Below are positions 19,304 through 28,507 of a stretch of DNA of 64,000 nt, piece after piece. How positions within the stretch are numbered: position 1 is the first letter of the stretch; the number at the start of each line of letters is the position of its first letter. This DNA is from a virus. Location of the stretch: IMG/VR virus record IMGVR_UViG_3300020463_000016, positions 4,038 through 68,037 of that record; one strand, written 5' to 3'. Made by a program: the position numbers and the translations under genes. The notes beneath the pieces are model-generated. The model made no database searches. It was given only the letters and a program-made list of their open reading frames with translations, and had not been told where the DNA came from.

Positions 19304-19678
19304 TTGACTAAAATTGCACTATATTATATATACCTTATGGATACATTTAAAAGTAAACTTAAACTAGTAAATGATAATGTTGACACATTATCCTATATAA
19401 AACACTCTAATGATTCTATTAATATAAGTGCCGATCTTAAAATGAAAGAAGGCAATTACAATATTAATAATAACAAGGCTGTATCTTCTTCTAAAGAAAT
19501 TAATTTATCTTTTAACAGATTAACTGGAGCAGGCGTCAATACTCGTAATAATATATTAAATGAGTATAACAACATTGAAAAATTAGAAGACGTTAATTCA
19601 GGCTTTGCTAAATTAGAAAGCTGTTACAAAAGAAGAGTCTTTAAAAAAAATGGTATAATTTATGATTTACTTAATTAA
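19304..19678 (+). CDS. Hypothetical protein
   Basis: ORF of about 113-124 aa depending on start. Confidence 0.5.
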   Translation: MTKIALYYIYLMDTFKSKLKLVNDNVDTLSYIKHSNDSINISADLKMKEGNYNINNNKAVSSSKEINLSFNRLTGAGVNTRNNILNEYNNIEKLEDVNSGFAKLESCYKRRVFKKNGIIYDLLN

Positions 19679-19714
19679 AGTACACAACAAAATATGAAAG
19701 CACGTGATTATATA
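19677..19714 (+). promoter_or_regulatory. Bipartite phage motif, copy 5, heading the replication operon
   Basis: AAAGTACACAACAA-N13-GTGATTATATA. Confidence 0.7.
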
Positions 19715-19802
19715 GATGAGACTGTAAGTTATACTACTGGCGACGGCATTATTACTTACTATAAAAACGGAATATATTATAAACATAATTTTATTGAATC
19801 AA

Positions 19803-20336
19803 ATGACAACAGCAGAAAAACTAAGTAAAATTCAAATTGAATTTAAAGCAAAAAAGTCTAGGTTTAATTCATTTGGCAAATATAACTTTAGATCAGCTGA
19901 AGATATATTAGAGGCATTGAAACCTATGAATGAAAAATACCGAGTGTATTTTACAATTAACGAGCAATATTTGCATACAAACGGTTTGCCTATTATTGAA
20001 ACTAAAGCAAGCATGTTTGATATTGATGATAATAATGCTATACATTCAACATCAGTTGTTGGTGTAGACTTACATCAAAAAGGTATGGCTACTCCTCAAC
20101 AGTTTGGGAGCGCTTCTAGCTATGCAAAAAAATACGCGTTAGGTAATCTACTATTAATAGATGATACTGCGGATGCGGACGCTACAAATGATCATGGGGC
20201 TACACGCAAGCCTAAGATTACTTCTAATAATATTGAAAAAGCTAAAAAATTCTTATCAAATGGTGGTTTATTAAAAACATTACAAGATAAGTATGATATA
20301 GAGCCTACAGCTCTTAAAGAACTTCAGAATGAATAA
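19803..20336 (+). CDS. ERF-family ssDNA-annealing protein
   Basis: FNSFGKYNFRSAEDILEA, QQFGSASSYAKKYALGNLLLIDD..DAD. Confidence 0.85.
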   Translation: MTTAEKLSKIQIEFKAKKSRFNSFGKYNFRSAEDILEALKPMNEKYRVYFTINEQYLHTNGLPIIETKASMFDIDDNNAIHSTSVVGVDLHQKGMATPQQFGSASSYAKKYALGNLLLIDDTADADATNDHGATRKPKITSNNIEKAKKFLSNGGLLKTLQDKYDIEPTALKELQNE

Positions 20337-21060
20337 ACAAGAGACATTAAATAAGTTGCGTGATGACGAGAATTATTACGGTGAGTTTGGAAAACAATAC
20401 TTAAGCAATTCTGATATATCAGCACTATTAAATAATCCTCTTGATTTTAAGAAGCAAACGCTGCCTACACCTGCACTTGTTGTTGGCGGTTATTTTCACA
20501 CATGCATCCTTGAGCCTCACAAGCTTGATAAGTACAAAGTAATTAAATCTAGTACGCGAAACACTAAGATCTATAAAGAATTATCAGACGGAGATATTTG
20601 TTTATTAGAGAAAGAAGCAGATGATATTGAATTAATGCGAGAAACAGTGTTGGACAACGAACTATTCAAAGACCTTATACAAGAAGGTAAAGTTGAATAT
20701 GAAGTGCCTGGCTTGATAGAGCTTGAGGGCATGCAGTGGAAAGGTAAAGCGGATATTATAAATCATTCGCATCAATTAGTAATTGATTTAAAAACTACTG
20801 GAAATATTAATGCATTTCAAAGTAGCGCATATAAATACAATTACGATAGCCAAGCATATATTTATTCAAAAATGTTTGGCTATGAACTAGTTTTTATTGT
20901 AATTGATAAAAACACTAAGCAGCTTGGTTTATTTGATTGTAGTGATAAATTTATGCACTCAGGCTCAAATAAAGTTGCTAGAGCCGTACAGGCTTACCAA
21001 GAATTTTTTATAAATGGCGATGGAGATTTTAGCCAATATTATATCTCTAAAACACTTTAA
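20329..21060 (+). CDS. PD-(D/E)XK exonuclease (RecE/exonuclease VIII-like)
   Basis: YLSNS, G.YFH..ILEP, WKGKAD, IDLKTT, Y.Y..QA..Y. Confidence 0.8.
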   Translation: MNKQETLNKLRDDENYYGEFGKQYLSNSDISALLNNPLDFKKQTLPTPALVVGGYFHTCILEPHKLDKYKVIKSSTRNTKIYKELSDGDICLLEKEADDIELMRETVLDNELFKDLIQEGKVEYEVPGLIELEGMQWKGKADIINHSHQLVIDLKTTGNINAFQSSAYKYNYDSQAYIYSKMFGYELVFIVIDKNTKQLGLFDCSDKFMHSGSNKVARAVQAYQEFFINGDGDFSQYYISKTL

Positions 21061-21075
21061 TTTAATTTATTTATT

Positions 21076-21243
21076 ATGGCAAGAACAAGAAAACAAACTT
21101 GTAACGTTACAGGAGTAACAACTAGTGTAAACAATTTTTACAACAACCAAACCCATGTAAAAGCGGTAGACAATCTGCGTAGAGTTACTGGCGCTAACAA
21201 AGACCAGCTAAAAAGAATGTTTAATCAATTAGCTACTTATTAA
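21076..21243 (+). CDS. Hypothetical protein (55 aa); absent from the ORF track
   Basis: MARTRKQTCNVTG...; TAATG overlap with SSB. Confidence 0.55.
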   Translation: MARTRKQTCNVTGVTTSVNNFYNNQTHVKAVDNLRRVTGANKDQLKRMFNQLATY

Positions 21244-21557
21244 TGGCAAGTATTATTTCAGCAAACATTGACTTAACTAAAATTGATAAGTCAAAAATTT
21301 ATGAAGGTAAAAAGGGTAAATATTATCCTATTACTATTGTTCTTAATGATGAGCCTGGCCAGTATGGCGATTCAGGGTATATTCAAACAGAACAAACTAA
21401 AGAGGAGCGTGACGCTAAACAGCCTAAAAGCTATTTAGGTAATGTTAAAGTAGTCTGGACTAATGGTGAAAATGTTACCACAGCTGCTAGAGAAGATGCA
21501 CCTCAACAAGCTTCAATGCAAGCTCAAGCGCCTGCGGAGCCTGATCTTCCTTTCTAA
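21243..21557 (+). CDS. Single-stranded DNA-binding protein
   Basis: Short OB-like body, acidic C-terminal DLPF tip; replication operon context. Confidence 0.7.
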   Translation: MASIISANIDLTKIDKSKIYEGKKGKYYPITIVLNDEPGQYGDSGYIQTEQTKEERDAKQPKSYLGNVKVVWTNGENVTTAAREDAPQQASMQAQAPAEPDLPF

Positions 21558-21628
21558 TGAATGAAGATTTTGATTTTGTAGACATTGAGTATAACGAAGA
21601 TGGTGAAATAACTTTAATTCAAGATTAA

Positions 21629-23332
21629 ATGAATACAACGGAGATCAATGGATTTATTATTGACCAGTTCAATCAATATGACCTTGCGGTTGGCAAAAAG
21701 GAAGGTATATGTCCTAAATGCTCACATAATAGGAAACCTGAAAATCGTAAAGCCAAATGTGCAATGTACGATTGGGAACGTGGTCTTGGCACTTGTATGA
21801 ATTGTGATGAAGTATTTCAATTGCACACCTTTAAACGTAAAGGTGGTAGCGATAGAGTTTATATCAGACCTGAGTGGAAAAATACTACTGAGTTATCTGA
21901 TAGGGCAATTAAATGGTTTGAGGGTAGATCTATATCACAGTCTACCCTTAATCGTTTAAAAGTATCTGAGGGAATAGAATGGATGCCTCAAACAAGTAAA
22001 AATGAAAATACAATACAATTTAATTATTTTATAAATAACGAATTAATAAATATAAAATATAGAGATGGTAGAAAAAACTTTAAACTTGTTAAAGACGCAG
22101 AAAAAGTATTTTATAATCTTGATAATATTGTTGGGCATGACTGGTGTGTTATTGTGGAAGGTGAAATGGATGCTTTATCTTTATATGAAGTTGGCATACA
22201 TAATGTTGTATCCGTACCAAATGGTGCTACACTTAACAGGCTTAACCTTGATTATCTTGATAACTGTATTGAGTATTTTGATGATAAATCAAAAATCATA
22301 CTCGCTACAGACTCCGATGAAGCTGGTCAAAACCTACAACAAGAACTTATACGTCGCTTGGGGGCGGAAGTATGCTGGCTGGCAAGTTTCTCAGAGTATA
22401 AAGATGCTAATGACCTTCTTATTGCTAATGGCAGGAACGCTCTTGTCAATGCTATACATAATGCACAACCCGTTCCTTTAGAAAACGTAGTAACAGTAGG
22501 AGATATAAATGATGAACTTGAAGAATTTATTTATGAAGGTTTTAAACCTGGGTATCAAATCGGTCTTGATAACTTTGATAGCATATTCAGTACTTACACA
22601 GGGCAATTCATCACCGTTACAGGAGTGCCTAGCTCTGGCAAGTCTGATTTTGTTGATAGAATGGCGGTGGGTTACCAAATGAAGTATGGCTGGAAAACAG
22701 CATTTGCTTCACCAGAAAATAAACCAACATTTTTACACGCACACAAACTGATTAGAAAAATTGGTGGTTGGATGCCTAAAGAAAATGATTTAGGATCTGA
22801 AAAGTGGAATCGTTGCTTTAAAATTGTAAATGATAATTTTTATTTTATAGAAGCAGAACGATATGACTTAGATACAGTACTTAAAAAAGGTGCTGAATTA
22901 GTAAAAAGGAAAGGTATTAAATGCTTAGTAATTGATCCTTATAATAAAGTTAAAATGAAAGGTGCACCTGATATGTCTATACCAGATGCAACAATGGAAT
23001 ATTTAGCTAGAATAGAAGCTTTTGCAAAAAAGCATGATGTTCTGGTAGTTGTTGTAGCGCACCCAACCAAAATGTACAAAAGAGATGATGGTACTATGGA
23101 CGAACCAACCATGTATAATATTAAGGGTGGTGGTGAATGGTATGACGCATCTTACCACGGATTATTAGTACATAGAGATTATAACAATAAATCTGTAAAG
23201 GTTAAAGTACTTAAAGTAAAATTTCAAAACTTAGGCGAGAATCAAGCGGAAGCACACTTTAAATGGAATCATGCATCAGGTGATTATATGCCTTTAGCCG
23301 ATATTAGTAATGAATCTTTACCTTGGGATTAA
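21629..23332 (+). CDS. Primase-helicase (T7 gp4/Twinkle-like)
   Basis: CPKC zinc domain, TOPRIM VEGEMDA/SVPNGA/DSDEAG, Walker A GVPSSGKS, VIDPY, AHP. Confidence 0.92.
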   Translation: MNTTEINGFIIDQFNQYDLAVGKKEGICPKCSHNRKPENRKAKCAMYDWERGLGTCMNCDEVFQLHTFKRKGGSDRVYIRPEWKNTTELSDRAIKWFEGRSISQSTLNRLKVSEGIEWMPQTSKNENTIQFNYFINNELINIKYRDGRKNFKLVKDAEKVFYNLDNIVGHDWCVIVEGEMDALSLYEVGIHNVVSVPNGATLNRLNLDYLDNCIEYFDDKSKIILATDSDEAGQNLQQELIRRLGAEVCWLASFSEYKDANDLLIANGRNALVNAIHNAQPVPLENVVTVGDINDELEEFIYEGFKPGYQIGLDNFDSIFSTYTGQFITVTGVPSSGKSDFVDRMAVGYQMKYGWKTAFASPENKPTFLHAHKLIRKIGGWMPKENDLGSEKWNRCFKIVNDNFYFIEAERYDLDTVLKKGAELVKRKGIKCLVIDPYNKVKMKGAPDMSIPDATMEYLARIEAFAKKHDVLVVVVAHPTKMYKRDDGTMDEPTMYNIKGGGEWYDASYHGLLVHRDYNNKSVKVKVLKVKFQNLGENQAEAHFKWNHASGDYMPLADISNESLPWD

Positions 23333-23602
23333 ATGGCTAGAAAGAAAAAAAATTATTCATTACCTGATTATTTGCCTTCTGACCAAGAAAATAAAGCTTA
23401 CAGATATTGTGTAAGAAATAATATTAGGATATCATATAAAGGAATACAAGATGATCCAGATCATTGGCATATAGAAGTTAGATTAGGCCCTTATGTAAAA
23501 GGAGAAAAAGCGCATATTTCACCTGAAGTATACGATAGAAAAACAATAAGCTCTGCTTATTACGAAATGTGTAAATATTATTATGATAAACGTACAAGAT
23601 GA
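23333..23602 (+). CDS. Hypothetical protein
   Basis: 89 aa in operon. Confidence 0.55.
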   Translation: MARKKKNYSLPDYLPSDQENKAYRYCVRNNIRISYKGIQDDPDHWHIEVRLGPYVKGEKAHISPEVYDRKTISSAYYEMCKYYYDKRTR

Positions 23603-24407
23603 ATATAGAGGATTATTATCAGGAATACTCTACGGCGGAGCACAGAAAGAAGATAGAACAAACACTGGAACACAATCTGTCTTTGGAAGAATGCTTAGAC
23701 ATGATATGGGCCTTGGATTCCCGCTATTAACAACTAAAAAAATATATTTTGACCATGCAGTTACAGAATTACTATGGATATTACAGGGACGCACTGACAT
23801 TGCTTACCTCAACAATCGCGGTGTTACTTACTGGAATGCTGATTATAAGCGATCAGGTAGAACTGACGGTACGCTTGGCCCTGTTTATGGGCATCAGCTT
23901 AGGAACTTTAATGGTATTGATCAGCTTAAAAAAATACTCAAGCAAATTAAACAAAAACCGTCATCAAGGCGCATCATGGCAAGCTTATGGAATCCCAATG
24001 ATTTGGATGATATGGCTTTGCCTCCTTGTCATTACGGCTTTCAAATACATATAAACAATGGAAAACTTAACTTACTCTGGACCCAGCGTTCTGCTGATGT
24101 GTTTCTTGGGTTGCCTTATGATTTTGCCATGTATGGCTTACTACTACTTATGCTGGCAAAAGGAGCGGGTTATAGACCTGGGTGCCTTACTGCTTCACTT
24201 GGTGATTGTCATCTTTACAACAACCATGTCGAGCAAGCTAAACAGCAACTTACCCGTGATTTTAGGGATTTGCCTAGTGTGGAGGTTGACATTGGATTAT
24301 TTATTGCAGAAGGAGCAGGAGACTTTATAACTATACCAAATAAAAATATGATACATTTATCAAATTATAATCCACACAAACCAATTAAAGCTAAATTAAA
24401 TACATGA
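23583..24407 (+). CDS. thyA: Thymidylate synthase-family enzyme with Asn-to-Asp specificity change (possible dCMP methylase)
   Basis: DRTNTGT, FPLLTTKK, ELLW, LGPVYG, LPPCH, QRSADVFLGLPYDFAMY, GDCHLYNNH. Confidence 0.85.
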   Translation: MINVQDEYRGLLSGILYGGAQKEDRTNTGTQSVFGRMLRHDMGLGFPLLTTKKIYFDHAVTELLWILQGRTDIAYLNNRGVTYWNADYKRSGRTDGTLGPVYGHQLRNFNGIDQLKKILKQIKQKPSSRRIMASLWNPNDLDDMALPPCHYGFQIHINNGKLNLLWTQRSADVFLGLPYDFAMYGLLLLMLAKGAGYRPGCLTASLGDCHLYNNHVEQAKQQLTRDFRDLPSVEVDIGLFIAEGAGDFITIPNKNMIHLSNYNPHKPIKAKLNT

Positions 24408-25204
24408 TAGAAATTAAAAAAGGTAAATATAAAATTTATCATATTCCAGGCGTAAAAATAGGGTGTACAACAAATATTCAAAAACGCATTATTGATACGC
24501 AAGGTTATAAACCCGGTGAATACGAAATACTTTTTGAAACTGATAATGTAGCGGAAGCTTCTAAAGTGGAGCAACAATTACAAAAAGATTTAGGATACAA
24601 GGTAGATAGAAAACCTTATGAAACTTTATTTAAAAAGACTATGAATAAGCACAGTTCATCTGCAGCAACAACAACATTTAAAATATCAGCTAAAGATTTA
24701 AATGCAAATTTTTTAGCAGACTTAACAATTGAAACACAGTACGGCATATTTAAACTTGATTCAACTGATAAAACAGATTGGGTTTTATCTAACGTGCAAG
24801 GAAGTCAATTTGGGCCTAACTCTTGTTATATTTATAATAAAGCTATGGCTGAAGCAGGTGTGTTTCAAAAACTTGAAGAACCTGTTGCTAAAGAAAAATT
24901 ATATTCTTACCAAGATCAATTTGAATTAATTAGAGAATGGGCTAAAAGTAGAGGTATATATGATGAAGGAGATCCAAAAACACAATTAATTAAGCTATAT
25001 GAAGAATCAGGAGAATTATCTCAGGCTATACTTAAAGATGATAAAGAAGGTATTATTGACGCTATTGGTGATAGCGTTGTCGTTCTTACTAATCTTGCCC
25101 ACCTTGTCGGTACCAATATTGAAGATTGTATTAGTGCTGCATATAATGAAATATCTAATAGAACTGGTAGAATGATTAACGGAACATTTATAAAAGATGC
25201 GTGA
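24404..25204 (+). CDS. GIY-YIG-like domain fused to MazG-like NTP pyrophosphatase
   Basis: N-terminal YKIYH...KIGCT.NIQKR; C-terminal KLYEESGEL...DAIGDSVVVL...EIS.R.G.M.NG.F.K. Confidence 0.75.
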   Translation: MIEIKKGKYKIYHIPGVKIGCTTNIQKRIIDTQGYKPGEYEILFETDNVAEASKVEQQLQKDLGYKVDRKPYETLFKKTMNKHSSSAATTTFKISAKDLNANFLADLTIETQYGIFKLDSTDKTDWVLSNVQGSQFGPNSCYIYNKAMAEAGVFQKLEEPVAKEKLYSYQDQFELIREWAKSRGIYDEGDPKTQLIKLYEESGELSQAILKDDKEGIIDAIGDSVVVLTNLAHLVGTNIEDCISAAYNEISNRTGRMINGTFIKDA

Positions 25205-25529
25205 TAAAATTATAGAACAAGTAATAAACAAAATACAAAAGCGATCTGATGTTGGCTTTAAAAAATATAATGTTACACTTAACGATGACAAGCAACCATT
25301 GGATGCTTGGCTTAATCATTTACAAGAAGAACTTATGGATGCTGTTAACTATATTGAAAAAGCTCGCTCAGTATTACGCGAAGAAATTGAAGAATGTTAT
25401 ATTAAAGATCTTAATGTTGAAGCAGAGCTCGTGTCAGCTTATCCTGAACCAGGACCTCCAGATCAATTAGGTTATAATGTAAATAAAATGTGGACAACTA
25501 ATCACACTAATGAGAAGAAAGAAAAGTAA
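25197..25529 (+). CDS. All-alpha NTP pyrophosphatase-like protein
   Basis: R...G.KKY..TL...WLNHLQEELMDAVNY (EExxD). Confidence 0.6.
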   Translation: MRDKIIEQVINKIQKRSDVGFKKYNVTLNDDKQPLDAWLNHLQEELMDAVNYIEKARSVLREEIEECYIKDLNVEAELVSAYPEPGPPDQLGYNVNKMWTTNHTNEKKEK

Positions 25530-25968
25530 GAAGCGTGGCCCAGTAACAGCAAAGAAAATAACATACGATGGTATAAATTTTGCATCAGGTCTTGAACGCT
25601 ATACTTACATGGCTTTAAAAAAAGAAAAGCTATTCGAATATTATGAAGGTGAGGTATTCCAGCTCATTGATAGTTTTGATTTTAAGAATGAATCATATGA
25701 AAAACAAGCTAACGGAAAAGGCGAATATACTAACCGAGGCAGTAAAAAAGTTTTAGGTATTAAATACACACCTGATTTTACTGGTAAAGACTATATAATA
25801 GAATGTAAAGGAAGAGCTAATGAGTCTTTTCCTTTACGCTGGAAATTATTTAAATTATGGCTTACAAAAAACAATATTGGAAAGACACTTTACAAACCGC
25901 AAAACCAGAAAGAAGTGGATTTGACAGTTCAAATGATCAAGAACAACAGAAAAAACAAGCGCGGGTAA
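25510..25968 (+). CDS. Endonuclease I-like Holliday junction resolvase
   Basis: FASGLE, YTPDF, IIECKG, RWKLFK. Confidence 0.8.
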   Translation: MRRKKSKKRGPVTAKKITYDGINFASGLERYTYMALKKEKLFEYYEGEVFQLIDSFDFKNESYEKQANGKGEYTNRGSKKVLGIKYTPDFTGKDYIIECKGRANESFPLRWKLFKLWLTKNNIGKTLYKPQNQKEVDLTVQMIKNNRKNKRG

Positions 25969-26417
25969 TGTATAATAGGCGAAAGCTAGAAAAAGATATT
26001 AAAAGATATATTAAAAATGACAGAATCAACAGTAACGCAATCGAAAGAATTGGAAGACAACATGGATTTTACATTGGAGAGTCACCATTCAGAGAGAGTA
26101 AAGTATCACATGAAGATGCTTAATTACTATTTAAACCAACAAAAATTATGGGGTGGGAGTTATCATTAGGGTTGTATCCAGGTGTCGTGATAGGTGCAAG
26201 AAGTTATACTAATAAAACTACTACAGATCACGTGCTATACATACCATTTATAGAATTATGTTTAACAATATATAGAGATGAATAAAGTAGAAGAATATGT
26301 ATTAAAAAAATATCCAAAGAGATTTAAAAACAAAAAAGTTTTAATAAAAGAATTTAATAATCATTATGAAATTAATCACAATAAAGATGCAAGCCCTATT
26401 ATATTAAGTAAAAACAT

Positions 26418-26639
26418 ATGAAAGAATCAAAACTATTTGAAATGCAAAACAAGCTGGAGTCTTTAGGTGCAGCTGTAAACAAACTTATTAATGAAGTAGC
26501 TAATCTAAAAGATCTTAGCGTTGGTACATTAGAGTTAGTTAAAAGATTGCCTGATTATGAAAAAGCTTTAGAGATATTAAAAGATAATTATAAAAAGAAA
26601 AAAGAGAATGAGTCTATTCAAGGAGAGGATACCGTATAA
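26418..26639 (+). CDS. Hypothetical coiled-coil protein
   Basis: 73 aa immediately upstream of nrdB. Confidence 0.55.
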   Translation: MKESKLFEMQNKLESLGAAVNKLINEVANLKDLSVGTLELVKRLPDYEKALEILKDNYKKKKENESIQGEDTV

Positions 26640-27576
26640 ACCTTTTGAATACCCAGAATATTATAATGATGGCTGGTTAAAACAAGCGCAAGCTTTTTGG
26701 TTACATACAGAAATACCTATGCAAGGTGATGTAAAAGACTGGAAAGAAAAATTAACTGTAAAAGAAAAAAATTTAGTTGGTAATATACTATTAGGTTTTG
26801 CACAAACCGAGTGTGCTGTTTCTGATTATTGGACACAAAAAGTAGTTGGTTGGTTTCCAAAACACGAAATACAACAAATGGCTATGATGTTTGGCTCGCA
26901 AGAAACAATACATGCCGTAGCTTACTCATATTTAAATGAAACATTAGGACTTGAAAATTTTGAAGCATTTTTACAAGACGACGCGACTATGGAAAGATTT
27001 GACAACCTCGTCGCTTATAAAGGAACTGAGCTGGTTGGTATCGCAAAGTCCTTGGCTGTTTTTTCTGCTTTTGCTGAAGGAGTTAGTCTTTATTCTGCTT
27101 TTGCTGTACTTTATTCTTTTCAATTAAGAAATTTATTAAAAGGTATAGGACAACAAATGAAGTGGTCTGTAAGAGATGAATCATTACATAGTAAAATGGG
27201 GTGTCAGCTGTTTAGACATATGTGCAAAGAAACACCTAACTTATTAGAAGATTGTAGAGATGATGTTATTTCAGCAGCCACAGCAATGCTCGATGCAGAA
27301 GAAAAGTATATTGACAAAATGTTTGAACTCGGAGATATTGAAAACCTTAAAGCCTATGACCTCAAGCAATTTATTAGAAAACGTCTTAATGAAAAGCTCC
27401 AAGAGCTTGGTTACTTCGACCTCGGGCAATACTTTGCATTTGACGGGCCCGCATCAGAAAGTCTTGATTGGTTTTACCATCTTACCGGTGGCCATACTCA
27501 TACTGACTTTTTTGCTGTTAGGCCAACAGATTATTCTAAAGCTAATGAAGGAGAAGACTTTGAAGATATTTGGTAA
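26608..27576 (+). CDS. nrdB: Ribonucleotide reductase class I beta subunit
   Basis: FW...E, QETIHAVAYS, EGVSLYSAF, RDESLH, DFF..R.TDY. Confidence 0.95.
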   Translation: MSLFKERIPYKPFEYPEYYNDGWLKQAQAFWLHTEIPMQGDVKDWKEKLTVKEKNLVGNILLGFAQTECAVSDYWTQKVVGWFPKHEIQQMAMMFGSQETIHAVAYSYLNETLGLENFEAFLQDDATMERFDNLVAYKGTELVGIAKSLAVFSAFAEGVSLYSAFAVLYSFQLRNLLKGIGQQMKWSVRDESLHSKMGCQLFRHMCKETPNLLEDCRDDVISAATAMLDAEEKYIDKMFELGDIENLKAYDLKQFIRKRLNEKLQELGYFDLGQYFAFDGPASESLDWFYHLTGGHTHTDFFAVRPTDYSKANEGEDFEDIW

Positions 27577-27591
27577 TTAAAATAAAATAAA

Positions 27592-27933
27592 ATGAAATAT
27601 TTGTTTGCAACATTATTGTTATTATTCTTTTTATTAATGGGAACATATACTTTTGCTCAACCGCCTGAAATATATGGGTTGTGGTATAATCAAGAAGGGG
27701 AATTTGTAGAAATTGATTACAATGATACTTTTAATAGATTTATTGTTATACCTGGTAGTAAAAAGAAAAGAATTTTGGCTAGAGGAACTATAAAATATAT
27801 AGAAAAAGAATTAAGAATTTTAAGATCAGATACAACAGACGCATATAGTTTATGTTATTATATAGGAAATGAAACTATGGTTATATGTAGACCTCGATCA
27901 ACCAAAGCCTGGTTATGGCAAAAATTAAAATGA
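27592..27933 (+). CDS. Putative secreted protein
   Basis: Signal peptide MKYLFATLLLLFFLLMGTYTFA-Q. Confidence 0.6.
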   Translation: MKYLFATLLLLFFLLMGTYTFAQPPEIYGLWYNQEGEFVEIDYNDTFNRFIVIPGSKKKRILARGTIKYIEKELRILRSDTTDAYSLCYYIGNETMVICRPRSTKAWLWQKLK

Positions 27934-28202
27934 ATATAATTAAAAAGCAATGGCTAAAGTCTTTAGTAAAAGAAAGAAGGCTAACGCCAGCTGAAAGATT
28001 ATCATCTAGATTAGGATATATGGGGTCTGCATTTATTATGCTTTCTCCATATCTTTTAAGCTATGGTAATTTAGGGGCATTTACTTATATAATAGGAGGA
28101 CTATTATTAACTCCTCAAGTATGGATTGCTAAGCAATGGAATTTAGTTATTATTAATATAAACCTTGTTATAGGTTATTTAATTTATTTGTATGGCTTAT
28201 GA
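27930..28202 (+). CDS. Small multi-pass membrane protein
   Basis: About three hydrophobic helices; W....W motif. Confidence 0.6.
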   Translation: MNIIKKQWLKSLVKERRLTPAERLSSRLGYMGSAFIMLSPYLLSYGNLGAFTYIIGGLLLTPQVWIAKQWNLVIININLVIGYLIYLYGL

Positions 28203-28507
28203 CAAAATTTTTATGCTCAGGGTGTGGTGCTTGTTGTTTAACGGCAGGAGGAAAGTTTGGTCTGCCAGATAGAGGAGATGGCGTTTGCAATAATTATGAT
28301 GATAAAACTAATAAATGCAAAATATATGAGGACAGACCAGAGGTTTGTAAAATGGATAAATTTTATTTAAAAACCAAAAAATATATTCCTTTTATAAGTG
28401 AAAAATGGTTTTATAAATTGAATACGAGGGCTTGCCACGTATTAATAGACAGATATAATATAGATAAAAAATATAAAATACCTTTAAAAGATTACGATGT
28501 GGAATAA
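28199..28507 (+). CDS. YkgJ-family cysteine-cluster protein
   Basis: CSGCGACC...C...C.IYEDRPEVC. Confidence 0.8.
   Translation: MTKFLCSGCGACCLTAGGKFGLPDRGDGVCNNYDDKTNKCKIYEDRPEVCKMDKFYLKTKKYIPFISEKWFYKLNTRACHVLIDRYNIDKKYKIPLKDYDVE

Noticed and set aside
12156-19714. Repeated motif as a CRISPR or mini-array
   Set aside because: Copies are hundreds to thousands of bases apart with a variable core; no cas genes.
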